Position numbers and translations under genes: made by a program
NCBI GenBank assembly: GCA_965199495.1
Contig: CBDASK010000003.1
Location: 2,080,001-2,144,000 of the forward strand
Length of the DNA stretch: 64,000 nucleotides
Source of the DNA: Abditibacterium sp.
GTDB taxonomy: Bacteria; Armatimonadota; Abditibacteriia; Abditibacteriales; Abditibacteriaceae
Direction: 5' to 3'
Notes under the pieces: model-generated
What the model saw: only the letters and a program-made list of their open reading frames with translations
The model's database searches: none
What the model was told of the DNA's origin: nothing
Shown: positions 29,846 to 38,756 of the stretch, one piece after another
How the letters are laid out: each line of letters begins with the position of its first letter
Position numbering within the stretch: the stretch's first letter is position 1

Positions 29846-30466
29846 CTATTTGCGAGTGGGTTGCGCAGCCCATAGCAGTAACCAAGGCTCAATATGAGAT
29901 GTGTTTAGAGAACCACGCGTTTCGCTACCATCCATCCTGTGACCGTAGTAGTTAGCAGGAGATTCCAACTCAACAGGAATGTTGAGTAGCAACTTTGCAT
30001 GGGGCGTTTCCCAATACAGGTCTATGGTTCCTTCGGGGCCATTTTGCACCTTGGGAATGGCGAACACCAAACCCAACTCCTGAACAAACTTCGCGCTGTC
30101 GATGAGAAAGCGCGCCGCACGTTCCCAGGTCGCTTCGGCATAACCAGGACTACCTTCATCGTCCCAGTTGTTGTGTAAGGCCAGCATCCATCGGGACTCA
30201 TTGAGCGCCTCGGTCAAACCCTTTAACTCCATTGGCAACTCTTCGTCCAATCCAGTAACGCGGGGCAATTGTGGTGAACGAACATCCGCACTCGGCAACA
30301 CCAATATTATTCTCGTTGTTGCATCTTCGCGTCTCGAAGTCGGGCGCTTGATCTGAGATTGCCTTGAAGCATTATCTGATGGCAGTGTGATCCACCATGA
30401 TGGCTCTTCTGTATATTCAAAAAATGAGGTGCATTTACGCACATTAGCAGCAATGCTTAAGCTCAT
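29846..30466 (-). CDS. Hypothetical protein with an NWD-x-x-G...P...G-x-I-x-L-x-W domain (antitoxin/immunity candidate)
   Basis: 'LHNNWDDEGSPG...AARFL...PKVQNGPEGTIDLYWE'; ATGA overlap with the upstream gene. Confidence 0.6.
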   Translation of the reverse strand: MSLSIAANVRKCTSFFEYTEEPSWWITLPSDNASRQSQIKRPTSRREDATTRIILVLPSADVRSPQLPRVTGLDEELPMELKGLTEALNESRWMLALHNNWDDEGSPGYAEATWERAARFLIDSAKFVQELGLVFAIPKVQNGPEGTIDLYWETPHAKLLLNIPVELESPANYYGHRMDGSETRGSLNTSHIEPWLLLWAAQPTRK

Positions 30467-31170
30467 GAGAGATTCCTTTTAGGTGTCAACTGAGGGACGC
30501 CCGACCTTTCCAACAACTGCGCCGTGACTTGTGCTTTCTGCTCGGCGCGCTGGAGCTTAGTAATGAGTTCGGCTACATCTTTAGGGGAAAGCGTGAGATG
30601 CAGTTGGCGCCAGCCATCGCCTTCCATGTAATCCAGACTCAAAGTGTGAAGCACCAAGGCTCCGGTGATTGCCGTCGCTGAGTTATTAAAGATGTGCCGC
30701 ACATCGGTGTAAACGGCGCTTTCACGCAAAACGCACTGAAAGTCAAAGAGCAACTCGCGCGCCTTGGACATAATGACGATTGCACTCTCTTCTCCCCACG
30801 CTGGAGCGATAATTTCGACACATTCCAACCACTTTTGTCTCACCTCATCCGTCCAGTCGGGAAATTGGCTCTGCTCTAATCCTTTGGCGAATGCCTCGGC
30901 AACAGAAAAGGTCACGTCATTTTCATTCTCAGAGAAATCACGTTCCAAGCGGCTAATGTTAAGTGCCAGAAACAGAACTGACTCAACAATCGTGGGCGTA
31001 ATCTGTTCGCGCCCAATTTGTGTGGAGCAAGCCACAGCTAAATCTTCAACATCCGAGCAGGGTTGAGCGGTCTCCAAATAAGTGGAAATGGCGCGCAGAT
31101 CATCCAATTCAAGATTAAGAATAGCCTGAATATGTGGCCATGCGACTTTAGAAATTTGCACGGGAGGCAT
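30463..31170 (-). CDS. Hypothetical protein, COMMD-like candidate (helical N-domain plus a 3-strand/helix C-domain)
   Basis: C-terminal 'VYTDVRHIF...LVLHTLSLDY...LHLTLSPKDVAELITKLQRAEQK'; ATG at 31170. Confidence 0.55.
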   Translation of the reverse strand: MPPVQISKVAWPHIQAILNLELDDLRAISTYLETAQPCSDVEDLAVACSTQIGREQITPTIVESVLFLALNISRLERDFSENENDVTFSVAEAFAKGLEQSQFPDWTDEVRQKWLECVEIIAPAWGEESAIVIMSKARELLFDFQCVLRESAVYTDVRHIFNNSATAITGALVLHTLSLDYMEGDGWRQLHLTLSPKDVAELITKLQRAEQKAQVTAQLLERSGVPQLTPKRNLS

Positions 31171-31308
31171 GAGATGAACCGGAAAATGACAAAGACACAA
31201 TCGGACAGCGCCTTGAAGAATTTCAGTGTTCTAATAATATACCTTTAAATTGCCAATTCAGTCCACCAAAGGATTACTAAAAGTGAATTTTTGAGTGCCG
31301 GACAAATT

Positions 31309-33024
31309 TCAAAACAAGAAATAACGTTGCGTCATCGGCAATTCCGTCGCCGGTTCGCAGGTCAACAGTTCGCCATCGGCGCGAACTTCGTAAGTTTCAG
31401 GATTGACGCTAATTTCGGGCGTCGCGTCGTTGTGAATCATGTCGGCTTTGCTCACATCGCGGCAATTGCGCACCGCTTCGATGCGGCGTTCCAATCCCAA
31501 TTTTTCCGGCAAACCTTCGTCTAAAGCGATTTGCGAAACGAAAGTCAAACTCGTCTGGCGGCGCGCGAGGCCGAAATTGGCGAACATCGGGCGGCCCCAT
31601 TGCGGTTGCGGCGTGGGAATCGAGGCGTTCGGGTCGCCCATCTGGGCGTAGGCGATGGCGCCGCCTTTGAGAACCATTTCGGGTTTGACGCCGAAAAACG
31701 CCGGATTCCAGATCACTAAATCGGCGAATTTGCCGACTTCGATTGAGCCGACCAAATGCGCGATGCCGTGCGCGCGCGCCGGGTTGATGCCGACTTTGGC
31801 GATGTAACGTTTGATGCGCGCGTTGTCGGAATGGTTATCGTCGCCGCTTAAAGCGCCGCGTTGCGTTTTCATTTTGTGCGCGGTTTGCCAGGTGCGCGTG
31901 ATGACTTCGCCGATGCGGCCCATCGCCTGCGAATCGGAACTGATCATCGAAAAGACGCCCAAATCGTGCAAAATATCTTCGGCGGCGATAGTTTCCGAGC
32001 GAATTCTGGAATCGGCAAACGCGACATCTTCGGGAATTGACGGATCGAGATGATGGCAAACCATCAGCATATCCAAATGTTCCTCGACGGTGTTAATCGT
32101 AAAGGGCCGCGTCGGATTGGTCGAAGACGGCAAAACGTTGGGTTGCGCCGCGATGCGAATAATATCGGGCGCGTGGCCACCTCCGGCGCCCTCGGTGTGA
32201 TAGGTGTGAATCGTGCGCCCGCCAATCGCGCGAATCGTGTCTTCGACGAAACCGGATTCGTTGAGCGTATCGGTGTGAATCGCGACTTGAACATCGAATT
32301 CGTCGGCGACATTCAAACAGGTATCAATCGCTTTGGGCGTGCTGCCCCAATCTTCGTGCAACTTCAAACCGATGGCGCCCGCGCGGATTTGTTCGCGCAA
32401 TGGTTGCGGCGTCGAGCAGTTGCCTTTGCCCAAAAAACCCAGGTTCATCGGAAACGCTTCGGCGCTTTCCAGCATTCGCGCCAAATGCCAACTTCCCGGC
32501 GTGCAAGTCGTGGCCGATGTGCCCGCCGCCGGGCCGGTTCCGCCGCCGAGCATTGTCGTAATGCCGCTCGCCAGCGCCACTTCGATTTGCTGCGGGCAGA
32601 TGAAATGAATGTGCGAATCAATCGCGCCCGCCGTCACGATGCGATTTTCGCCCGCAATAACTTCGGTCGAGGCGCCCACGACCATGTTAGCAGCCACGCC
32701 GTCCTGCAAGTCGGGATTGCCCGATTTGCCGATGCCAACGATTACGCCATCGCGCAAACCAATATCGGCCTTGACGATGCCCCAATGATCGATAATCAGC
32801 GCGTTGGTAATCACCGTATCCAAAACGCCGTCGGCGCGCGTGGCGCGCGCGCTTTGGCCCATGCCGTCACGGATAACTTTGCCGCCGCCGAACTTGATTT
32901 CGTCGCCGTAAACGGTAAAATCTTTTTCAACGCGCGCCCACAAATCGGTATCGGCCAGACGCACGCAATCGCCGGTCGTCGGGCCAAACATCGCAGCGTA
33001 AGATTGGCGGTTTTGATAACTCAT
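31309..33024 (-). CDS. ureC: Urease alpha subunit
   Basis: Motifs [51 protein letters not shown]. Confidence 0.99.
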   Translation of the reverse strand: MSYQNRQSYAAMFGPTTGDCVRLADTDLWARVEKDFTVYGDEIKFGGGKVIRDGMGQSARATRADGVLDTVITNALIIDHWGIVKADIGLRDGVIVGIGKSGNPDLQDGVAANMVVGASTEVIAGENRIVTAGAIDSHIHFICPQQIEVALASGITTMLGGGTGPAAGTSATTCTPGSWHLARMLESAEAFPMNLGFLGKGNCSTPQPLREQIRAGAIGLKLHEDWGSTPKAIDTCLNVADEFDVQVAIHTDTLNESGFVEDTIRAIGGRTIHTYHTEGAGGGHAPDIIRIAAQPNVLPSSTNPTRPFTINTVEEHLDMLMVCHHLDPSIPEDVAFADSRIRSETIAAEDILHDLGVFSMISSDSQAMGRIGEVITRTWQTAHKMKTQRGALSGDDNHSDNARIKRYIAKVGINPARAHGIAHLVGSIEVGKFADLVIWNPAFFGVKPEMVLKGGAIAYAQMGDPNASIPTPQPQWGRPMFANFGLARRQTSLTFVSQIALDEGLPEKLGLERRIEAVRNCRDVSKADMIHNDATPEISVNPETYEVRADGELLTCEPATELPMTQRYFLF

Positions 33025-33025
33025 T

Positions 33026-33424
33026 TTAGAGAAAGTAATGCGACAGACAAATCGAGACTGCGAGTTCGCCGCTCAGACGCAGCAATTCAACAGGCAGCAA
33101 ATCGTATTGCGCTGGGAACTCATTGGGATTTTTGCGGCCAATACCAAAGTCAAGCTGTGCATCGGCGTTAAATCCCGCTAATTTTCGCAAATCGCTTTCG
33201 TGAGCGCGCAGAAAAGCGAGCGAATCTTCAATTTGAGCGGGCAAATCGTCGGCATCGCTCACGTCAACTTTGAAACCGTTGTCATCGAAACGGCCCAGTT
33301 TTTTGGCGCCGGGAATAACTTCTTCGCCCACGCGATAAACCTGGTAAGGCTGCAAATTCGTCTCGCCCAAAAAGGCGCCGACATCGAAATCATCGCCGCT
33401 CACGCGCAAAACACATCCGGCCAT
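33026..33424 (-). CDS. DUF4279-like hypothetical protein between ureB and ureC
   Basis: '[10 protein letters not shown]...[12 protein letters not shown]...[16 protein letters not shown]'; abuts ureB and ureC. Confidence 0.65.
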   Translation of the reverse strand: MAGCVLRVSGDDFDVGAFLGETNLQPYQVYRVGEEVIPGAKKLGRFDDNGFKVDVSDADDLPAQIEDSLAFLRAHESDLRKLAGFNADAQLDFGIGRKNPNEFPAQYDLLPVELLRLSGELAVSICLSHYFL

Positions 33425-33775
33425 TTAAAGGTTCTCCCACGCGCTCAATCGCGTTTTGACTTCATCAAAATCCGTTGCGCCCGCCGTTAAATCATTGAAG
33501 CCAAACACCAATTTCGCGCCGCCGATTTCGACTAAGTTCACCGGCTTCTCTTCGCCCGGCTCGAACCGAACGGCAGTGCCCGCAGGAATATCGAGGCGCA
33601 TTCCAAACGCCGCTTCGCGGTCGAATTGTAGCGCGCGATTGACCTCGAAAAACGCGTAATGCGAGCCGACTTGGATCGGACGGTCGCCGACGTTTGTCAC
33701 GTCAATCGAGAGCGTGCGCCGACCGGCGTTAAGTTCGATGTCGCCGTCTGCGACGCGGTATTCTCCGGGAATCAT
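33425..33775 (-). CDS. ureB: Urease beta subunit
   Basis: Motifs [30 protein letters not shown]. Confidence 0.98.
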   Translation of the reverse strand: MIPGEYRVADGDIELNAGRRTLSIDVTNVGDRPIQVGSHYAFFEVNRALQFDREAAFGMRLDIPAGTAVRFEPGEEKPVNLVEIGGAKLVFGFNDLTAGATDFDEVKTRLSAWENL

Positions 33776-33779
33776 AAGA

Positions 33780-34577
33780 TTATTCGTTCCAATTGGCGCG
33801 AGCTTTTGCCATCGTGTCGTTGAATTGGTTGAAAAATTCGTCGTATTTATGCGTGGTGTTGTCGCTCAATCCGGCGAAACGTTGGGCTTTGACGCGCTCA
33901 ACTGTAATTTCGCTCGCGTCGGGTTGCGTTTCGATGAGTTGCATCGCTTCGGCAATGAATTCATCCAATGGCATCGCATTGGGATCGTTGGCTTGCTTGT
34001 CACCTTGCAGCGACGTGGCGACATACGGCGGCACCAATTCCACGACTTCAACGTTGGTTTCTTTTAACTGATAACGCAAAGTTTGCGTGTAAGAATGAAT
34101 CGCGGCTTTAGTCGCGCAATACGTCGGATCGAGAAATAACGGCACATAAGCTAATCCGCTCGTCACCGTCATAATTGTGGCGTTTGTTTGTTGTTGCAAA
34201 TGCGGCAACAGATGCGCCGTCAAGCGAATTGGGCCGAGCAGATTAATATCAATCGTATTTTCGGCGATTCCAAGCGCGGCTGTGGGGTCATTGAGAATGT
34301 CCTCCGCTTGCATGATGCCCGCGTTGTTGATGAGAACATTCAATTCGGGAAATTGCGCTTTGACTTGCTGTGCCAATTCGCGCGTGCTGTCCGCATCAGC
34401 CACGTCGGCTTGCAGATACTTCATGCCTTCGTTGGCGGCGGCGACTTCGCGCAAAGTCTCTTCGTTGCGTCCGACGATAACGACTTGATTGCCTTTGCGG
34501 TGAAACGCCTCGGCTAACCCGCGCCCGATGCCGCTGTTGCCGCCGGTGATTAAGATGGTGTTGCCTGTAATTTTCAT
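33780..34577 (-). CDS. Short-chain dehydrogenase (DltE-like SDR) between ureA and ureB
   Basis: Motifs [24 protein letters not shown]. Confidence 0.93.
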   Translation of the reverse strand: MKITGNTILITGGNSGIGRGLAEAFHRKGNQVVIVGRNEETLREVAAANEGMKYLQADVADADSTRELAQQVKAQFPELNVLINNAGIMQAEDILNDPTAALGIAENTIDINLLGPIRLTAHLLPHLQQQTNATIMTVTSGLAYVPLFLDPTYCATKAAIHSYTQTLRYQLKETNVEVVELVPPYVATSLQGDKQANDPNAMPLDEFIAEAMQLIETQPDASEITVERVKAQRFAGLSDNTTHKYDEFFNQFNDTMAKARANWNE

Positions 34578-34610
34578 GTGGAAGTCAAACTTTCAAATCC
34601 GACGCCTCGA

Positions 34611-34913
34611 TTATTGGATCGGTTGGTGAATCGTCACCAGTTTGGTGCCGTCGGGAAAAGTCGCTTCGACTTGCACTTCGCCGAGCATTTCGGGCACGCC
34701 TTCCATCACTTGATCGCGCCGCAGAATTTCGCGGCCCGAACTCATCAGTTGCGCCACCGAATTTCCGTCGCGCGCGCCTTCCATGATTTCGGCGGTGATG
34801 AGCGCCACGCATTCGGGATAATTCAATTTCACGCCGCGACTTAGACGCCGCCGCGAGACATCAGCCGCGACGACGATGAGCAATTTTTCTTTTTCGCGTT
34901 CGGTCAAAAACAT
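34611..34913 (-). CDS. ureA: Urease gamma subunit
   Basis: Motifs [26 protein letters not shown]. Confidence 0.98.
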   Translation of the reverse strand: MFLTEREKEKLLIVVAADVSRRRLSRGVKLNYPECVALITAEIMEGARDGNSVAQLMSSGREILRRDQVMEGVPEMLGEVQVEATFPDGTKLVTIHQPIQ

Positions 34914-34938
34914 GGGGAAAGTGTAGCGATTGCGATCT

Positions 34939-35032
34939 GTAGAGACACCGACTTGTCGTGTCTAAAATGTCGGATTTACCGTAACGTTAAAGCAAATCGA
35001 ACGTTTTAGACACGACAAGTCGGTGTCTCTAC
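34939..35032. repeat. GTAG-REP doublet (REPIN), copy 3
   Basis: GTAGAGACACCGACTTGTCGTGTCTAAAA ... TTTTAGACACGACAAGTCGGTGTCTCTAC. Confidence 0.92.
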
Positions 35033-35040
35033 GGAGTGCA

Positions 35041-35748
35041 TCAAACAGTCAAATGGCCGCGCAGAACTTCTTCCGACAATTCGTTTGGCCCGCCCTGCGC
35101 GACGATTGTGCCCTTGTCCATCACATACGAATAATCGGCGACTTTGGTGGCGAAATCCAGACTCTGCTCGACCAGCAAAACCGCGATTTCGCGTTTTTTC
35201 TTGAGCGATTCGATGAAATGTTCGATGTCCTGCACCACCGAAGGCTGGATGCCTTCCATCGGTTCGTCCAAAATCAGAATCTGCGGCGCGGTTGCCAGAG
35301 CGCGGCCAATCGCCAATTGTTGTTGTTGGCCGCCCGATAATTGGCCGCCGCGCCGAATCAGCATTTTGCCCAGCATCGGGAACGAATCGAAGATGATGTC
35401 GGGCAGTTTGTCGGGCCGCTTACCAGCCACGTCGGGCGCGGCTTCGAGGCCCAACTCCAAATTTTCCTCGACCGACAGTTGCGGGAAAATATCGCGGCCC
35501 TGCGGCACGTAACCCAAACCGGCGCGCGCGCGTTTGTCGGGCGTTGTCTTCGTAATGTCAACGCCGCCCAATTCGATTGTCCCATGCGTCGGGCGCAAAA
35601 GTCCCATGATTGATTTCAGCAGCGTCGTTTTGCCGACGCCGTTGCGACCCATGACGCACACGACCTGGCCTTTGCCGACTTCCATATTAAGGCGGTGCAA
35701 AACGGTCGCGCCGTCGTAGCCGACTTCCAAATCTTTGACTTTAAGCAT
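35041..35748 (-). CDS. urtE: Urea ABC transporter ATPase UrtE
   Basis: Motifs GRNGVGKT, VPQGRDIF, LSGGQQQQLAI, LDEPMEGIQPS. Confidence 0.93.
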   Translation of the reverse strand: MLKVKDLEVGYDGATVLHRLNMEVGKGQVVCVMGRNGVGKTTLLKSIMGLLRPTHGTIELGGVDITKTTPDKRARAGLGYVPQGRDIFPQLSVEENLELGLEAAPDVAGKRPDKLPDIIFDSFPMLGKMLIRRGGQLSGGQQQQLAIGRALATAPQILILDEPMEGIQPSVVQDIEHFIESLKKKREIAVLLVEQSLDFATKVADYSYVMDKGTIVAQGGPNELSEEVLRGHLTV

Positions 35749-36526
35749 CGACAACTCTCCTTTGCAGATAAACCTGCGCCACGCGCTCGTCGGCCTGCAC
35801 TTCGTCCATCGTGCCCTCGCACAAGATTTTGCCTTCGTGCATCACCGTCACGGTCTGCGCGTATTTGCGCACGAATTCCATGTCGTGTTCGACCACCAAA
35901 ATTGAAATATCGTCGCCCAGTTTGTTGAGCAACTGTCCCAAATCGTCGGTTTCCTGATCGGTCATGCCCGCCGCCGGTTCGTCCAACAACAAAACGTCGG
36001 GCTTTTGCGCCAACGTCATGCCGATTTCGAGCCACTGCTTTTGCCCGTGCGCCAACGGCCCGGCCAAGCGTTGCGCCTCGTCTTGCAAACCGATGGTTTC
36101 GAGCCAATTCTCGATTTCGGCTTTCTGCGAATTGGTCGCTTTGGCGCGCAACGTCGCCCATAAACCACGCGGTGCGCGTAGTGCCAGCGCCAGATTATCC
36201 CAAACGGTCAGCGAGCCGAAAACCGAGGGCGTCTGGAACTTGCGCGCGATGCCGCGCGCCACGATTTGGTGTTCCTGCAACTTGCCCAAGTTGGTGCCAT
36301 CGGCCATCAAGACGCGGCCTTTGGTTGGCTCGATGCGCCCGCAAATCACGTCCAAAAGCGTGGTTTTTCCGGCTCCGTTGGGGCCAATCAAAAAGCGCAG
36401 TTCGCCTTTGTTGAGCTTGAAATTCAAACCCTCGACGGCCTTGAAGCCAGAAAATTCGACGGTGACATCTTCGGTGCGCAATGCGGGCAAGCCCGGCGTG
36501 GCTGCATCTGCGTTAAGGGGAGACAT
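35741..36526 (-). CDS. urtD: Urea ABC transporter ATPase UrtD
   Basis: Motifs IGPNGAGKT, RKFQTP, LAHGQKQWLEIGM, VEHDM; ATG at 36526 chosen. Confidence 0.93.
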   Translation of the reverse strand: MSPLNADAATPGLPALRTEDVTVEFSGFKAVEGLNFKLNKGELRFLIGPNGAGKTTLLDVICGRIEPTKGRVLMADGTNLGKLQEHQIVARGIARKFQTPSVFGSLTVWDNLALALRAPRGLWATLRAKATNSQKAEIENWLETIGLQDEAQRLAGPLAHGQKQWLEIGMTLAQKPDVLLLDEPAAGMTDQETDDLGQLLNKLGDDISILVVEHDMEFVRKYAQTVTVMHEGKILCEGTMDEVQADERVAQVYLQRRVVDA

Positions 36527-37610
36527 CGGCGATAACGGATTGACGTTCGGCACTTTTCCACCTCCCGCGCGCGGCGCTCAGGCTTTTGCTGCCGCTGACT
36601 TGCTTGAGCCATCCCATAATGCCCTGCGGCAAAAATAGAACCACAAAAATAAATAATCCGCCCAACATATACGACCAAGTTTCGGGATATTGTTCGCTTA
36701 AAAAGTTCTCGCCGCTATTGACCAAAAGCGCGCCCAGAATCGCGCCAACTAAAGTCGCGCGACCGCCGATGGCAACCCATAGCACCATTTCGATGGAGAT
36801 TAATATATCCATTTTAACCGGTGTAATTAATCCTTCCTGCAATACGAAAAGCATTCCAGCCAAACCTGCCAGCGCCGCCGATAAACCGAACACGAAGGTT
36901 TGATAAATCACCGGATTGTATCCGGTAAAACGCGCGCGATTTTCGCCGTCGCGAATGGCGATTAACACTTTGCCAACTTTGCCATTGACCAAAGCGCGGC
37001 AACCGAAGTAGACCGCGACCAAGGCTGCGACGGTGATGTAATAAAGCGCGCGGTCGGTTTTGGGATCGTTGAGATCGTAGCCCAGAAACGTCTTGAAGTT
37101 CGTCATGCCGTTGGTGCCGCCGGTGTAGCCCTGCTGACCGACGAATAGCGTGACCATAACGAGCGCCAAGGCTTGCGACAGAATCGAGAAGAACACGCCT
37201 TTGATGCGATTGCGAAACGCCGCGTAACCGATTAAAGCGCCCAAGATTCCCGGCACGGCGATGGCGCCCAAAATGCCCATCGCCGGATAGCGGAACGGCT
37301 CGTAGAACCACGGCAATTTATCCAAATCGCTCCACGCCATGAAGTCGGGCAAACGCCCGCCCGACGCTTCGAGTTTCAGGTAAAGCGCCGTGCAATACGC
37401 GCCCAAACCGAAGAAAACGCCGTGTCCCAGCGATAGAATTCCGGCGTAACCCCAGATCAAGTCAATGCCCAACGCGACGATGGCGTAGCAGAGAAACCGC
37501 GCCAACAAATTGACGCGAAAATCGGGCAAAACAAACGGCGCAACGATGAGTAAACCGACGAGAAACGCGGTCACTAACCATTGAACTTTGGAATTTTTTA
37601 GTTTTTCCAT
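36513..37610 (-). CDS. urtC: Urea ABC transporter permease UrtC
   Basis: 'DLIWGYAGILSLGHG', 'LPDFM.W', 'AIRDGENR', 'WVAIGGRATL'; ATG at 37610. Confidence 0.93.
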   Translation of the reverse strand: MEKLKNSKVQWLVTAFLVGLLIVAPFVLPDFRVNLLARFLCYAIVALGIDLIWGYAGILSLGHGVFFGLGAYCTALYLKLEASGGRLPDFMAWSDLDKLPWFYEPFRYPAMGILGAIAVPGILGALIGYAAFRNRIKGVFFSILSQALALVMVTLFVGQQGYTGGTNGMTNFKTFLGYDLNDPKTDRALYYITVAALVAVYFGCRALVNGKVGKVLIAIRDGENRARFTGYNPVIYQTFVFGLSAALAGLAGMLFVLQEGLITPVKMDILISIEMVLWVAIGGRATLVGAILGALLVNSGENFLSEQYPETWSYMLGGLFIFVVLFLPQGIMGWLKQVSGSKSLSAARGRWKSAERQSVIADVSP

Positions 37611-37622
37611 GATGAAGCGATG

Positions 37623-37718
37623 TTTCACACAAAGAAACAAAGATCGCACAAAGGGGACAAAAGGTTTTCTTGAGTTCTCTTTGTTTTCTTCGTGTGATCT
37701 TTGTTTCTTTGTGAGAAA
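37623..37718. repeat. Imperfect inverted-repeat element, same family as 6705-6823
   Basis: Starts with TTTCACACAAAGAAACAAAGA (21 nt identical to the 6705 copy) and ends TCTTTGTTTCTTTGTGAGAAA. Confidence 0.82.
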
Positions 37719-37732
37719 AACTAATCTAAAAA

Positions 37733-38638
37733 CTAATCTAAAGCCCGGCTCCTTGTCGCGATGATACCTGCGGGCTTCCATTGCAAGAACAAAATGATGC
37801 AAACGAAAGTTAATACTTTGCCCAACGAAGCGGTCGTTTCGTATTCCCAACCGGTGTTCAAGCCGCCCATGCCAAGGGCACCAGCTACGGCGCCGACCAG
37901 AGAACCGACGCCGCCCAAAACTACGACCATAAACGAGTCCACGATGTATTTCGAGCCGACGCTGGGATTGATCGAAGACAGCAGCGTCAGGGCGCAACCG
38001 GCGATGCCCGCGACGCCCGAACCGACGGCGAAAGTTAAGGCATCCACGCGGCGGGTCGAGATGCCGACGCACGCGGCCATTTCGCGGTTTTGCATCGTCG
38101 CCTGAATGCGCCGTCCGTTGGCGGTTTTATATAGAAAATACCACATTCCAAACAAACTTAATGCCGCAATTAAAAGTATGAACAACCGATTATAAGGCAT
38201 TACCAATGTGCCAATCGTTAATTGATCGTTCAACCATTTCGGCGTGGCGACGTTGACGCCCAACGGCCCAAATATCGAGCGCGCCGCTTGCTGCAAAATC
38301 AGACTCACGCCCCACGTTGCCAAAAGCGTATCGAGCGGGCGTCCGTATAAGCGGCGCACGACGGTCGCTTCGAGCGCCCAACCCATAATTGCGGTGACGA
38401 CGAAAGCGAACGGAATCGCGGCGATGAAGAAAAAGCCCATCGCGCCCGGCGCGAATTTGGCGAACAAATTTTGCATCACATAGGCCGCATAAGCGCCCGC
38501 CATGATAAATTCGCCATGCGCCATATTAATTACGCCCATCAAGCCGAAAGTAACGGCTAAACCGAGCGCGACTAATAATAGGATGGAGCCTAAACTAATT
38601 GCGTTAAAGATGTTGGAAGCGAGTGCGGAAGTGTTCAT
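37733..38638 (-). CDS. urtB: Urea ABC transporter permease UrtB
   Basis: 'GLAVTFGLMGVINMAHGE', 'LYGRPLDTLLATWG', 'FMVVVLGGVG'. Confidence 0.95.
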   Translation of the reverse strand: MNTSALASNIFNAISLGSILLLVALGLAVTFGLMGVINMAHGEFIMAGAYAAYVMQNLFAKFAPGAMGFFFIAAIPFAFVVTAIMGWALEATVVRRLYGRPLDTLLATWGVSLILQQAARSIFGPLGVNVATPKWLNDQLTIGTLVMPYNRLFILLIAALSLFGMWYFLYKTANGRRIQATMQNREMAACVGISTRRVDALTFAVGSGVAGIAGCALTLLSSINPSVGSKYIVDSFMVVVLGGVGSLVGAVAGALGMGGLNTGWEYETTASLGKVLTFVCIILFLQWKPAGIIATRSRALD

Positions 38639-38643
38639 ATCTT

Positions 38644-38752
38644 AAGGGACAAGTAACAAGTGACAGGGAACAAGTGGCAGGGAAAGATTGAAATTTGCCA
38701 GAGCAGCTTTAAATTTCCGCCCTTGTTCCCTGTCCCTTGCTCCTTGTCCCTT
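38644..38752. repeat. Inverted pair of 7-bp tandem arrays (AAGKGAC type) between urtA and urtB
   Basis: AAGGGAC AAGTAAC AAGTGAC AGGGAAC AAGTGGC ... GCCCTT GTTCCCT GTCCCTT GCTCCTT GTCCCTT. Confidence 0.85.
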
Positions 38753-38756
38753 CCGA

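Noticed and set aside
29310..31308. Direct repeats, att sites or a mobility gene bounding the low-GC cassette
   Set aside because: I found no convincing flanking repeats or transposase, so it is not annotated as a mobile element.
32050..33171. 373-aa + strand ORF opposite ureC, and similar ORFs opposite the urt genes and arc
   Set aside because: Antisense shadows of highly conserved genes.
36513..38072. 519-aa long form of UrtC; likewise the long forms 8008-9060 and 52741-54048
   Set aside because: The N-terminal extensions read through repeat elements, intergenic DNA or neighbouring genes; family similarity begins at the downstream ATGs used.
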